Shown piece after piece: positions 29,329-39,554 of a stretch of DNA of 64,000 nucleotides. This DNA is from an uncultured Candidatus Rokubacteria bacterium (GTDB taxonomy: Bacteria; Methylomirabilota; Methylomirabilia; Rokubacteriales; DASRDR01). The notes beneath the pieces are model-generated. The model saw only the letters and a list, made by a program, of their open reading frames with translations. It was not told the origin of the DNA and did not search any database. A program made the translations under genes and the position numbers. The DNA is taken from assembly GCA_963805625.1 (NCBI GenBank), contig CAWDVE010000010.1, positions 1,856,001-1,920,000 on the forward strand, read 5' to 3'. Every line of letters starts with the position of its first letter. Position 1 is the stretch's first letter.

Positions 29329-29484
29329 CAGCATTTCATCCTCGTTGGACCAGGCATCCTTCTTGATTCCATAAGACATCAGCGCGCTGGGCGTGCTGCC
29401 GCCGGTTTGATCCAGCGCTGCAATGAGCCCCGGCTGCGTCGTCAGTTCGCGCAGTTGTTGTGTGAAGTTGTTCATTGGGGGCAT
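29329..29484 (-). pseudogene. Class I fructose-bisphosphate aldolase N-terminal fragment
   Basis: GLIAALDQTGGSTPSAL..YGI..WSNEDEM; truncated after about 50 aa. Confidence 0.8.
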
Positions 29485-29579
29485 CTCATACTCTCGAGGC
29501 TGAAGGGGAGGTGTATCCCAGCCCAAGGCGTGGTCCGACGTCAGCGCCAGAGAACCCCGGATGAATATGGGACACGACC

Positions 29580-29665
29580 TTCACCCTGAACATCCTCGTC
29601 TGAACCAACCCGCGATGATCGAACAACAGGGGGTAGAGTCGGTGGCTATAGCCGATGGATTTCAT
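29580..29665 (-). pseudogene. DUF2090-family (aldolase-like) N-terminal fragment
   Basis: IGYSHRLYPLLFDHRGLVQTRMF resembles the family start GY..PLY.LPFDHR.SF..KMF. Confidence 0.55.
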
Positions 29666-29680
29666 GCTGCGCCTTTCATT

Positions 29681-29751
29681 TGCTCCGCCTGACCAAGAAC
29701 CCGGCGACCGAGATGCTCTATGGGCAGATCGCTCACCGCCTGGCGGCACGA
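29681..29751 (+). mobile_element. Relic 3' end of a diverged IS1380 transposase copy
   Basis: 71-nt stretch aligns without gaps to 31390-31460 with about 10 mismatches (hand count), many at third codon positions. Confidence 0.8.
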
Positions 29752-29970
29752 GTTGACTCAACCCCGTGAGGTTTCCAAGCTGATGTCGAGTTATTGGTGG
29801 GTCCTGCTCCGTTGCATACGTCCGGCGTGTTCGACCTCGATGCCGGGCCGGTGACCATCAAGGTCGCCACGCGTTACTTGGTTGCTGGTATTCGCACGCT
29901 GGGCGATCCGATGGACCCGAAGGACATCGCGCAGGTCCACGCATCGCAGAACGCGATCAAGGTGAGCTAG

Positions 29971-31478
29971 CCCCAATCGGCGAATAAGCGGGACGGGAAA
30001 CAGCGGGAAACATGAATCAGAGAGGCTTCCAATGCGGTCTCAAGGGAGAACACGCCAATGCGCTCCCTCGCACACTGGAGGCCCCTCTGATGCGTTTGAC
30101 GATAGCGACCCTGCGGCGGGTGGTCAAGGGTGATCTCACGATCCAGTTCGTCCCCCAGGCGCTCACCTCGTACGGCGGCCTGGAGCTGCTCGGGCGCTAT
30201 CTGCGCCAGATCCATCTGGGGGCGCGGTTGCGTCAGGCCTTCGGAGGACTGCGCAGCGACTACGGCAGTGCGCGGATCGCGATGGTGCTGCTGGCGCTGT
30301 TCTACGTCGGGGCCCGGCGCCTCGAGCACCTGCGCTACCTCGGCGGCGATCCGCTGGTGACGCGCTTCTGTGGCTTGGCCCGGTTGCCCACCCGCCGGAC
30401 GGTCGCCGACTGGTTGCGGCAGTTCACGCAGGAGACGCTGGCGCCGCTCGTCGCCTTGAATCGGGATCTCGTGACCGAGGCGCTGGCCCGGCTCGAGCTG
30501 CCGCGCCTGACGATCGACGTGGATGGGTCGGTCATCCGCACGGGGGCCACCGTCGGCTGGGCCTTCCGCGGCTTCAACCCCCATCATCGGAAGGACCCGA
30601 GCTACTACCCGCTGGTCGCGCACGTGGCCCAGACGGGCCACATCCTTCGCCTGAAGAACCGGCCCGGGAACGTCCACGACTCCAAGCAGGCGATCCCGTT
30701 CCTGCGGGACCTCATCGACGACCTCCGCGGCCGCTTCGGCCGGCGCGTGGCCCTGGAGTTCCGCATGGACGCCGCCTTCTTCCAGCGCGGGATTCTGCAC
30801 CTGCTCGCCGCCCGGGACTGTGGCTACGCGATCAAGGTGGGGTACTGGAGCTGGCTTCCGCTCAAGGCGATCGCCGCCGCGTGCCGACGCTGGCACCCGG
30901 TGGCGCCGGGCGTGACCGGCCACGAGACCGAACTGGTCATCCCACAGTGGAACAATCTCCGCCTGCGCGTGGTCCTGTACCGGAAGCACGTCCACCACGA
31001 AACGCGCCGGAACTTCCAACTCGATCTGTTCACTCCCGATGACGGGCACTACGAGTACTCGGCCGTGGCCACGAACCTGCCGCTGGGACTCTCGGCGCTG
31101 TGGGCCTTTGCCTGCGGGCGTGGGGCGCAGGAGAAGACCTTCGCCGAACTCAAAGGCGAGTTCGCGCTCGACGTGGTCCCGACCAAGCACTACGCGGCCA
31201 ACAGCGCCTGGCAGCAACTCAGCATCCTGGCCCACAATCTGATCCGCAGCTTCCAACTCGAAACCCTCGCCGAACCGAAGCCCCGGTCCCGGAAGCGCAC
31301 CTACGCCTACCTCTTCCGCAGCATGCGCACGCTTCGGTTCCTGCTCATCGCCCGGGCCGGGCGTCTGAGCCGACTCGGTGGGCGGAACGTGCTCCGTCTG
31401 ACCCAGAACCCCGCGACCGAGACACTGTATGGGCAGATCGCTCACCGTCTGGTGGCCTGATTTATTCGCCGATTGGGG
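29971..31478 (+). mobile_element. IS1380-family insertion sequence (1508 bp)
   Basis: Perfect 17-bp terminal IR CCCCAATCGGCGAATAA / TTATTCGCCGATTGGGG; CTAG target duplication at 29967-29970 and 31479-31482. Confidence 0.93.
30090..31460 (+). CDS. IS1380 family DDE transposase
   Basis: LTSYGGL, TIDVDGSV, LKNRPGNVHD, FRMDAAF, RGAQEKTFAELK and ANSAW..LAHNL. Confidence 0.93.
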   Translation: MRLTIATLRRVVKGDLTIQFVPQALTSYGGLELLGRYLRQIHLGARLRQAFGGLRSDYGSARIAMVLLALFYVGARRLEHLRYLGGDPLVTRFCGLARLPTRRTVADWLRQFTQETLAPLVALNRDLVTEALARLELPRLTIDVDGSVIRTGATVGWAFRGFNPHHRKDPSYYPLVAHVAQTGHILRLKNRPGNVHDSKQAIPFLRDLIDDLRGRFGRRVALEFRMDAAFFQRGILHLLAARDCGYAIKVGYWSWLPLKAIAAACRRWHPVAPGVTGHETELVIPQWNNLRLRVVLYRKHVHHETRRNFQLDLFTPDDGHYEYSAVATNLPLGLSALWAFACGRGAQEKTFAELKGEFALDVVPTKHYAANSAWQQLSILAHNLIRSFQLETLAEPKPRSRKRTYAYLFRSMRTLRFLLIARAGRLSRLGGRNVLRLTQNPATETLYGQIAHRLVA

Positions 31479-31722
31479 CTAGAAGGTCAGTGGCCGGTTC
31501 GAGTTGCCCCACTTGGAGCCGGTCAGGCGGAAGCACCGAGAGCCCGAGCGGCAGCCCGTAGGGTAGTCCCACCCCATTCTTCTAGGTGTTCGGTCCGCTA
31601 TAGGCTGTGGGACCTCTCTCAATCCGCTTCGTCGCTCACTTTCGGGTGCCTCGACCGCTGGATGCGCGACCGGCGGCCGCAGGCGGCGGCGACCACCGCG
31701 GCCCAGCGGATCGGCACTGCGG

Positions 31723-32061
31723 TCAGCGCGGCCGGCTCTCCGCCGACGCCGCACCCCAGTAGGTCGGCGAGGCCGGGAAGACGGGTTGGCACCGGATCGC
31801 CTCGGCCGGCCCGTCGAGCGTGTCGGCCACCGCACGCCAGACGGCGTAGTGGGGCGTGGCCCGGTGGGCTTCCAGTGCCGCGGGCCCAGTGTAGACCTCG
31901 TAGAAGTAGTACACGTTCTCGTCTCGCTCGTCCTGGAGCACGTTGAACCTGAGGCAGCCCGGCTCGTCACGCTCCGAGCCGAGTGCATCCACCTCGATCG
32001 CGTCCAGGAACCGCTGCCGGAGCTCGGGCTTGATCCGCACCTTCACCCAGATGGCAAGCAT
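31723..32061 (-). CDS. ABM/LsrG-like dimeric barrel protein
   Basis: DEPGCLRFNVLQD..FYEVY..AHRATPHY. Confidence 0.87.
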   Translation of the reverse strand: MLAIWVKVRIKPELRQRFLDAIEVDALGSERDEPGCLRFNVLQDERDENVYYFYEVYTGPAALEAHRATPHYAVWRAVADTLDGPAEAIRCQPVFPASPTYWGAASAESRPR

Positions 32062-32245
32062 GCGCCCCCTCGTGTCGTCGGGTTCGGCATCACCCGATCC
32101 AATAGGTGACCTCGGCCAGCCCAGAGCATAGCTCAGGCGGGTGCCGCGCAGATCCACGAACGCGCACGGGCGCCAGACCCTCCCGGCCTCCTTCGGGATC
32201 TTTCCGCGCTGGCAGCAGCTGGGTGCCGGTGAAGCGGGCGGCGCG

Positions 32246-32737
32246 CTACAGCGCCCGGGCGGTCTCGGCGATCTGCTGCGTGTGCTCGAGAGCGTGGTCG
32301 GCCACGCGGCGCGCGAGGAACTCGACGGACATCGGCCCCAGCTCGGGATGCCGGCCTTGCCGCGCCCAGCGGTCGTCCGGCAGGCCGTCCAGGAGATCCG
32401 CGATCTGCTCGTGCTCGCGGACGATCATGCCCACGAGGATGTCGAGGGGCTCATGCCGCTGGAGATCCTCTCGGCGGAAGGTGGCCTCGTCGTAGTCGGC
32501 GAACACCGGATCGGCCTCGTAGAGAAGCCGGCGGATCCGGAGACCGTGGACCATGAGGACGCCGTTCCGCAGGTGAACGAGGGTCTCCCGAACCGACCAC
32601 TCGCCTGGGCGCGGCGGCCGGTCGTGGGCGCCCGGGCGTACCGTGGCCAGGGCCTGGCGGAGCGCCGCGGGAATGGAGCGGATGCGCTCGAGGATCGCGC
32701 GATGGTCCGGGCTCATGACCGCCTCCTTGTCGCTCAC
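32246..32737 (-). CDS. DinB family protein
   Basis: PGEWSVRETLVHL and DHALEHTQQI metal-binding His. Confidence 0.85.
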   Translation of the reverse strand: MSDKEAVMSPDHRAILERIRSIPAALRQALATVRPGAHDRPPRPGEWSVRETLVHLRNGVLMVHGLRIRRLLYEADPVFADYDEATFRREDLQRHEPLDILVGMIVREHEQIADLLDGLPDDRWARQGRHPELGPMSVEFLARRVADHALEHTQQIAETARAL

Positions 32738-32850
32738 GTCAGTATCCCCCGGCCACGCCCGAGGACAACATCTCGCCGCGGATCGTTCGGGGGGCCGGCC
32801 AATGGCGATCCCTCCAGTTTCCGCCCAGAGGGCGTGCCGGGCGACCGGCG

Positions 32851-33867
32851 CTAGCGGGGCGGAGCGGGCTGCCCCGAGCACACCCGCGCGAGGAACAGCT
32901 CCAGGAACCTGTCTGCGTGGACGGTCATCGCGACGCGGCAGTTGGGCGGGGCCTTCTCGCGGGCCGGGATGCTCCGTCGGTCAGCCACCGAGGCGCCTCG
33001 CGTCACGCGCCCCTCGTCCTCGACGTCGACGTGGAACGGCTCGAGCTCGACCAGCGACGGATCCAGCGCCACCCCGACGGCGAGCGGGTCGTGGAGCGCG
33101 AACCCCTCCTCGCCGCGCTGGTCGCCGAACGTGAACAGGTGGTTTGTGAAGTCATCGATGAACCGGGCGATCGGCGCCCGGCCGCGCACGAGCGCCGCGG
33201 CCAGATCGGCGCGACGGAGCGTCGCCTGCCGGGTGGCGTCGAGCGGCACCAGCTCGAGCGGAAGCCGCGATCGGAAGACGGCCGCCGCGGCCTCGGGGTC
33301 GACGTGGAAGTTGAACTCGGCCGACGGGGTGACGTTCCCCGGCACGGAGATCGCCCCGCCCATGATCACGACCCTGGCGACCCGGGACAGGCGGCGCCGG
33401 TCTCGCTCGAGGGCAACGGCAAGATTCGTCAGGGGCCCGAGCGCCACGACCACGAGCTCGCCTGCGAACCGGTCGGCCATCTCGAGGATCAGGTCGGGCC
33501 CGTCGATGTCTCCCGGAGCGCCCGAGACTCTCGTGACGGCCGGCGGCGCCTCCGCCGGGTAGAGGAGCTGCCCGCCCGGGCCGCTGAGCGCGCTGATGCC
33601 TCCGAGACCGTCGTCGCCGTGGAAGTCGGTGGCGGTGACCAGCGGACCGCGGAGCGGGGCGGCCGCGCCCCGGGCGACGCGGATCCGCGCGGCCGGCGCC
33701 CCGACCGCCAGGATGCGGTGGACGTTGGCGGTCGTCAAGTCGACCGGTACGTTGCCGGCGACCGAGGTGACGGCCTCGACCGACACCTCGGGCGAGGAGA
33801 GCGCCAGGAGCAACGCCAGCGCGTCATCGATCCCCGGATCGGTGTCGATCAGCCACGGCACGGGCAC
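32851..33867 (-). CDS. Inosine-uridine preferring nucleoside hydrolase
   Basis: IDTDPGIDDA, HGDDGLG, GPLTNLA, AEFNFHVDPEAA and LHDP. Confidence 0.95.
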   Translation of the reverse strand: MPVPWLIDTDPGIDDALALLLALSSPEVSVEAVTSVAGNVPVDLTTANVHRILAVGAPAARIRVARGAAAPLRGPLVTATDFHGDDGLGGISALSGPGGQLLYPAEAPPAVTRVSGAPGDIDGPDLILEMADRFAGELVVVALGPLTNLAVALERDRRRLSRVARVVIMGGAISVPGNVTPSAEFNFHVDPEAAAAVFRSRLPLELVPLDATRQATLRRADLAAALVRGRAPIARFIDDFTNHLFTFGDQRGEEGFALHDPLAVGVALDPSLVELEPFHVDVEDEGRVTRGASVADRRSIPAREKAPPNCRVAMTVHADRFLELFLARVCSGQPAPPR

Positions 33868-33927
33868 GGCAATCCCCTCTCGGCACCAGGTCGCGCGGCA
33901 GGTCGTCCGGGGCGGCGGGCGTCCACC

Positions 33928-34983
33928 CTACGCGAACACGAAGGCGCGCCGGGGGTTGTCCACCAAGAGCGTCCGGATGGTCTTGTCGTCGGCGCCCTTG
34001 TGGCGAAGGCGGGGCATCACGCTGACCAGGAGATGGTGGTAGCCGAAGCCGCCCCACCGGGTGAGGCAGTGCTTGTACGCGATGTCGTGGGACATGAGGA
34101 TCTGCTGAAGGTGGCCGCGCTCGATGAGGAACAGGATCTGGCGCATACGCTCGCCGTCGTTGGGCATGTCGAAGGCTGGGTTGTAGGGATAGTAGGAGGT
34201 CTCCAGACCGAAGAGGTCGTACTCGAGATAGACGCCGGTGGCCGCCAGCTCGAGCAGCACCGCCGGGTCGACGATGGTGCGCTCGATGTGGCACATGATG
34301 GTCCGGCCGAGGTCTGCGCCCTCCCGGCGGATGAAGTCCACGATCTCGAGCGGCAGCCGCTCGTGCCGCCCCGGGTGGATCATCAGCGGGGCGCCCGTCT
34401 CCCGCTGGGCCAGCACCGCCGCCCGGACCACCTTCCGCTCGTTGGCCGTCCACGGCGAGGTCGTCCCGATCTCGCCGATGAAGCCCGCGCGGACCCCGGT
34501 GTCGCCGACACCTGCGGTGAGCTCCGCCACGATCTCGCGCGCGACATCGTCCACGGTCTTGGCGTCCATGTCCGGCGGATGCGACGCCGCCACGTAATAG
34601 CCCGAGCCCATGATGATGTTGAGCCCGGCGGCCCGGGCCACGCGCGCCAGCCCGAGCGGATCGCGGGAGAGCCCGCGGTTCGTCGGATCGACGAGGGTCC
34701 GGCCGCCAGCCGCCCGGTACAGCAGGAGCTCGTCGCGGGCGACCTGCTCGTCGAGAAGCCGGAGGTTGTCGAGATTCGAGCTGAAGTTCCGCCGCACCCA
34801 GCCGAGATTGTCGAGCCGCACCGGCTGGCGGGCGAGCTCACGGTCCGGCTCGCCCTCGGGCTCCTTGAACATGACCGTGAAGTCGATGAGGAGATGCTCG
34901 TGGGGGAGGGTGATGCCCATGTCCTCAGCGGCGATCGGACCCAGAACGGTCTGGGCCCGTCCGGCGATCGGCGAGCGCGTCAT
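33928..34983 (-). CDS. Phosphotriesterase-family amidohydrolase
   Basis: TLPHEHL, GFIGEIG, IH, CH, SHD and NPRR. Confidence 0.93.
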   Translation of the reverse strand: MTRSPIAGRAQTVLGPIAAEDMGITLPHEHLLIDFTVMFKEPEGEPDRELARQPVRLDNLGWVRRNFSSNLDNLRLLDEQVARDELLLYRAAGGRTLVDPTNRGLSRDPLGLARVARAAGLNIIMGSGYYVAASHPPDMDAKTVDDVAREIVAELTAGVGDTGVRAGFIGEIGTTSPWTANERKVVRAAVLAQRETGAPLMIHPGRHERLPLEIVDFIRREGADLGRTIMCHIERTIVDPAVLLELAATGVYLEYDLFGLETSYYPYNPAFDMPNDGERMRQILFLIERGHLQQILMSHDIAYKHCLTRWGGFGYHHLLVSVMPRLRHKGADDKTIRTLLVDNPRRAFVFA

Positions 34984-35280
34984 CTCGACCCCTCCCCTGC
35001 CTCTCGGCCTGCCCCGCGCGCGGGCGGTCCGCCATGGAGCGTCCGATCGGAAGGAATATGGGCGACGCCCCAGCGTCCGTCAAGGCAGCCGGCCGCCCCG
35101 GCGTCCAACGGAGCCTGGCCCGTCGCCTGACCGATCGGGAGGCGGCCGTCAGCCGCGCGCGGTCACCTCGAAGACGCGGTGACCCCAGGCCGGGACGCCC
35201 AGGTAGTGGCCCTGCGCGCGAGATTGCTGCCGTCCCGCTCGTACCTCGCCGGGCTCGCGCGGTCGGTCGGGGCAGGCGGC

Positions 35281-36078
35281 TCAGCTCGGGCGCCGGAGGT
35301 AGGGCAGCCAGCGAACCAGGACGTCGGTCAGGGTGCCATCCCGCTTCCACGTGCCGAGGATCTCGTTGGTCCGTGCCAGGAGCTGCTGGTCGTCACGCCG
35401 GACGCCCCAGGCCAGGTTCTCGCGGTTGAGGGGCTGCCAGATACCGGCGAGGTCCGCCTCGTTCGCGGACACGAGCCAGGCGATGGAAGGCCCGTCGTGC
35501 ACGAACACGTCGATCGTGCGACGGCGGAGCGCGAGCGCCCCATCGCTCGCGATCGAGAGGGCCACCCGCCGGGCGTTGGGGAAGCTTTGCTGCACGAAGA
35601 CGTCGCCGGTCGTCCGCTCGACGACGCCCACCGTTGCCGAGGTCTGGAGCAGCGCCTCACGCGACCCGTACTGGCGGGCGTCCTCGGTACGCACCGCGGC
35701 CATCAGACCGCCCTCGAGATACGGCTCGGTGAACGCGATCCGGACCGCCCGCGCTTCCGTCACCGACATCCCGGACATGATGATGTCGGTCCTCCCGGCC
35801 ATCAGGGACTCGATCTGCTGGTCCCACGGGACCTCGACGAAATACACGGGCCGGCCCAGGCGGGTTCCCAGGAGCCGCGCGAGATCCGCCTCGACGCCCA
35901 CGATCTGACCGCCCTGCCTGAAGATGATGGGCGGGTAGGTCGACGTGACACCCACTCGCAGGGCATTGGCCGGCACCTCGGCGGGCGCGGGGCCGGTCCG
36001 ATAGTAGTCCGCGGCGCAGCCGGCCCAGAGCGCGACGACCGCGAAGAGTACAGCAAGCCGAAGGGGCGAACGGGTCAT
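35281..36078 (-). CDS. Polar amino-acid ABC substrate-binding lipoprotein (orphan)
   Basis: Lipobox WAGC; LRVGV..YPP, DIIMSGMSVTEAR and FTEPY. Confidence 0.9.
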   Translation of the reverse strand: MTRSPLRLAVLFAVVALWAGCAADYYRTGPAPAEVPANALRVGVTSTYPPIIFRQGGQIVGVEADLARLLGTRLGRPVYFVEVPWDQQIESLMAGRTDIIMSGMSVTEARAVRIAFTEPYLEGGLMAAVRTEDARQYGSREALLQTSATVGVVERTTGDVFVQQSFPNARRVALSIASDGALALRRRTIDVFVHDGPSIAWLVSANEADLAGIWQPLNRENLAWGVRRDDQQLLARTNEILGTWKRDGTLTDVLVRWLPYLRRPS

Positions 36079-36187
36079 TCGAGACCCCTCTCCCGGCGAG
36101 GATGCCGGCGTGATCGGATCATTGTGACGATAGCAGCCGTCCGGTCTAGCATGCGGATCGACCGCGCTGCGGACACGAGACGAACCG

Positions 36188-36448
36188 ATGCCCCTGACAC
36201 TCGCCGTCCTGCTATTCCTTCTCCCGCTTGCCCCGCCCGCATGGGCCCAGACGCCTCAGTGCCGCGAAGCGACCGACCAGGCCATCGCCGCGTTCAAGTC
36301 CACCATGCCGAAGATGCCGGAGGGTGACCGCGAGGGGGCGCAGGCCCTCATCGCCCAACTGGAACGCCTGGTCAAGGACCGGCGGGCCAACGGCATGGAC
36401 GAGTGCGCCATCTGGCAGGAGATTGCCAGCCGAGTGTCCAACTCCTAG
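36188..36448 (+). CDS. Small secreted helical protein with two Cys
   Basis: Signal peptide (AWA|Q); 86 aa; GC-rich codon usage. Confidence 0.65.
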   Translation: MPLTLAVLLFLLPLAPPAWAQTPQCREATDQAIAAFKSTMPKMPEGDREGAQALIAQLERLVKDRRANGMDECAIWQEIASRVSNS

Positions 36449-36826
36449 CGCCCGGCGGCGCGGAGCACCAAGGCGTCGCGCGTCAGACTCATGGACCCTC
36501 CTGTCCGGCAGTGCGCAGAGCTCGAGCCCGCCTCGTAACATACCACCGCATCACGGCGGCGGGGCTCGCTCACCCCGTCCGTTCATTGCCCGCGTCGCCC
36601 CACACTCGGTGCTGCCCGCGGCCTCAAGATCCGCGCCGGGCACGTTGCGAACCCCTCCCCTCGCCCGTACCATGTCTCCGCCGCGACGTGATCGTCCCGA
36701 GCGAAGCCACCCCGGCGACCGACACGAGCTCCGGATCGCGCCCTGTGGGCGTCACGTTGCCGGGACGAGGCGGCGCCGGGTCGCGGGAGCGCCACCGATC
36801 TCGTTCCCAGGAGGAACGCGCGAACG

Positions 36827-38062
36827 ATGATGGCCAGGGGAGCCGTTCCATCCGAGATGCTGGTGGAGTCCGCCTACGCGTGGCGACGTCTCGCAGCATC
36901 GCTCGCGCTCAGCACCATCGGCGGAGTCGGTCTCTGGTCCGTCGTCGTCGTGCTGCCGGCGGTGCAGGCCGAGTTCGGTGTTGCGCGCGGGAGCGCGTCC
37001 CTCCCCTACACGGCCACGATGCTGGGCTTCGCGCTCGGCGGGATCCTCATGGGCCGCCTGGCCGACCGCTTCGGCATCGTCGTGCCGCTCGTCGTCTCGT
37101 CGATCGCCCTCACCCTGGGCTACCTCCTGGCGGCGTGGTCGCCCGGCCTCGGGCAGTTCGCGCTGGTCCAGGGACTGGTCATCGGGCTCCTCGGCAGCTC
37201 CGTCACGTTCGCCCCGCTGGTGGCGGACGTCTCCCACTGGTTCACGCGGCGCCGAGGCATGGCGGTCTCGATCTGCGCCAGCGGCAACTACCTGGCCGGT
37301 ACCGTCTGGCCCCCGATCCTCCAGCACTTCACCGCGACACGCGGATGGCGACCGACGATGGTCGGCGTCGGGGTCTTCTGTGCCCTGACCATGCTGCCCC
37401 TCACCCTCACGCTTCGACGCCGCTCGCCCGTCGGGTACGGACCAGCGCCGGCGGCGCGCGCGGCGGCCAGCGTCGGCCGCGCGCGCCTCTCGCCCGGCCG
37501 GCTGCAGGCGCTCCTCATGGTCGCGGGCCTGGGGTGCTGCGTCGCCATGTCGATGCCGCAGGTCCACATCGTCGCCTACGCGAGCGACCTCGGTTACGGG
37601 GTCACGCACGGCGCCAGGATGCTCTCCGTGATGCTGGGCCTGGGCGTCGTCAGCCGGCTGGCCTCCGGCTGGATCGCCGACCGGATCGGCGGGGTACGCA
37701 CGCTGCTCCTGGGATCGGCGCTCCAGTGCCTGACGCTGGCGCTCTATCTGCCGTTCGACGGCCTCGCGGCGCTGTACGTCGTCGCCGCGCTGTTCGGCCT
37801 GTCGCAGGGCGGCATCGTGCCCAGCTACGCCATGATCGTGCGGGAGTCCTTCGCCCCCCGCGAGGCCGGGGCGCGAATTGGCGCCGTGGTCATGGCGACG
37901 ATCGTCGGCATGGCGCTCGGCGGCTGGATGTCGGGAGTGATCTTCGATCTGTCCGGCTCGTATCACGCCGCCTTCCTCAACGGCATCATCTGGAACCTGT
38001 TGAACCTCGCGATCGCTCTCTGGCTGCTCGGTCAGCCGCGCCGGATCCCGGCGATCGCGTAG
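36827..38062 (+). CDS. MFS transporter
   Basis: GRLADRFG and GWIADRIG motifs; 12 TM. Confidence 0.93.
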   Translation: MMARGAVPSEMLVESAYAWRRLAASLALSTIGGVGLWSVVVVLPAVQAEFGVARGSASLPYTATMLGFALGGILMGRLADRFGIVVPLVVSSIALTLGYLLAAWSPGLGQFALVQGLVIGLLGSSVTFAPLVADVSHWFTRRRGMAVSICASGNYLAGTVWPPILQHFTATRGWRPTMVGVGVFCALTMLPLTLTLRRRSPVGYGPAPAARAAASVGRARLSPGRLQALLMVAGLGCCVAMSMPQVHIVAYASDLGYGVTHGARMLSVMLGLGVVSRLASGWIADRIGGVRTLLLGSALQCLTLALYLPFDGLAALYVVAALFGLSQGGIVPSYAMIVRESFAPREAGARIGAVVMATIVGMALGGWMSGVIFDLSGSYHAAFLNGIIWNLLNLAIALWLLGQPRRIPAIA

Positions 38063-38246
38063 GACGCGCGGGCGCGCACGCCGCGTCGAGCACCGGCTCG
38101 CCCTGCCCCGTCACACCCCGCGGGGCCCACGCCGCCGCCCGATGCCGTCGGCGGCACGAGTCACTTCCACAACCGCGCCGTGCCGTGACGCACGCGGACG
38201 GTGCGGTCCAACAGTCGGGCCGCGCCACGGGGCCGCTTGGGAAGGA

Positions 38247-38670
38247 TCAGCGAAGCGCGCCCGCGACAGCCTCGTCACGAAGCAACTCGGCGACCTTGCG
38301 GCGCCCCCCCTGGGCGTCCTTCTCGGCGCTCAGAATGGATGCGCCCGAGACTTCCTTCCCAGAGACCTGACTGCGGGCCAGGTTCCCGCCGCTACCGTCC
38401 AGGACATCCAGCGTGACATCGAAGTCCAGACTGGTCCGCATCGTCGTGGCGGTCCTCCACTCATTGAGCGTGAACAGGAGGAGACGGTCGGACCCGGTTC
38501 GGGAGGGCGCCTGTCGAGCTCGTTCGGTTGCACCGTGACTGTCTGCACCTCGAGCCCCTTGGCTTGCAGCGCGGCGGCGACCGAAGTGGCCATCTCGGTT
38601 GCCATCGGGCCCCACTCTTGGTTACGACATCGACAGGATTACCGAAGCCGCCCCAGGCCGGCCCGGCAGG
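38247..38670 (-). pseudogene. Frameshifted remnant of a hypothetical lipoprotein
   Basis: Coherent pieces in three frames: GGFGNPVDVVTKSG / MATEMATSVAAALQAKG / DRLLLFTLNEW..LDFDVTLDVLD. Confidence 0.5.
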
Positions 38671-38830
38671 GGCCAGCCGGGCTGGGGCAGGGCTGCCACA
38701 GGTGTGGCGTGATCTCCCGGAGGCCCCTTGGGCCGGCGTCCGCAAGAATTCGAAACCTAAGGCTTCTCGAGTGGCATCAGCCGTGCACCGTTGACCGTGT
38801 GGTCGGATGTGTTCGAAGGAGGGTATGTCG

Positions 38831-39554
38831 ATGAAGAGAGCGTGGGCCGTGGCGGTCGCGATGGTCATTGTCGTCTTCCTCGCCGGCGTGGCGCTGGCGC
38901 AGATGGGCTGGGGGCCGATGGGGCCCGGGATGGGCCGAGGTCACATGGGTCCCGGCATGATGGGCCCCGGGATGGGCTGGGGTCACATGGGTCCCGGCAT
39001 GATGGGCCCGGGCATGATGGGCGGCTGGTACCAGGGGCAGCCGGCGTGAGACGCTGACGCTCGACCAGGCCGAGCAGCGGGCGCAGGCGTATCTGGAACA
39101 GGTCGGGAACAAGGACCTCGCGCTCGACGAGGTGATGGCATTTCAGTACAACATCTACGCGCTCGTGAAGGAGAAGAGCACCGGGCGTGGCGCGTTCGAG
39201 CTGCTCGTGGACCGGATGACGGGCGCCGTCTATCCGGAGCACGGCCCGAACATGATGTGGAACACGAAGTACGGCATGATGACGCACATGGGCCGCATGA
39301 TGGGCTATCAGCCGCCGACCGGACCCATGACCGTCTCGGCGGACCAGGCGAAGGCCATCGCCCAGCAGTGGCTCGACCGGAACCTGACTGGCACCATCGC
39401 CGAGACCCCCGATGAGTTCTACGGCTACTACACCGTGCACACGCGGAAGGACGGCAAGATCAGCGGGATGCTGTCGGTGAACGGGTACGGCGGCGCCCTC
39501 TGGTACCACACCTGGCACGGCGCCTTCATCGCGAGCAAGGAGGCTATGGGGTAG
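38831..39554 (+). CDS. Secreted Met/Gly-rich protein with PepSY-like domains, split by a +1 frameshift at about 39047
   Basis: Signal peptide and MGPGMM repeats end at TGA 39049; the next frame continues ETLTLDQAEQRAQAYL..GAFELLVD..PEHGPNMMWNTKYG..GMLSVNG..WYHTWHG. Confidence 0.75.
38920..39020 (+). repeat. Intragenic 42-bp tandem duplication encoding GPGMGxGHMGPGMM
   Basis: ggtcacatgggtcccggcatgatgggccc occurs twice with a 42-nt period. Confidence 0.8.

Larger units (their letters stand above)
29816..31530 (+). pseudogene. DUF1254-family gene fragment interrupted by IS1380
   Basis: SGVFDLDAGPVTI..TRYLVAGIRTLGDPMDPKDIAQVHASQNAIKVS before the IS continues as KVSGRFELPTW after it. Confidence 0.6.

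Noticed and set aside
29967-31445. 492-aa ORF antisense to the IS1380 transposase
   Set aside because: Typical stop-poor reverse frame; no domain signature.
38905-39025. Direct repeats as a possible CRISPR array
   Set aside because: In-frame coding repeats (MGPGMM) without unique spacers or cas genes.
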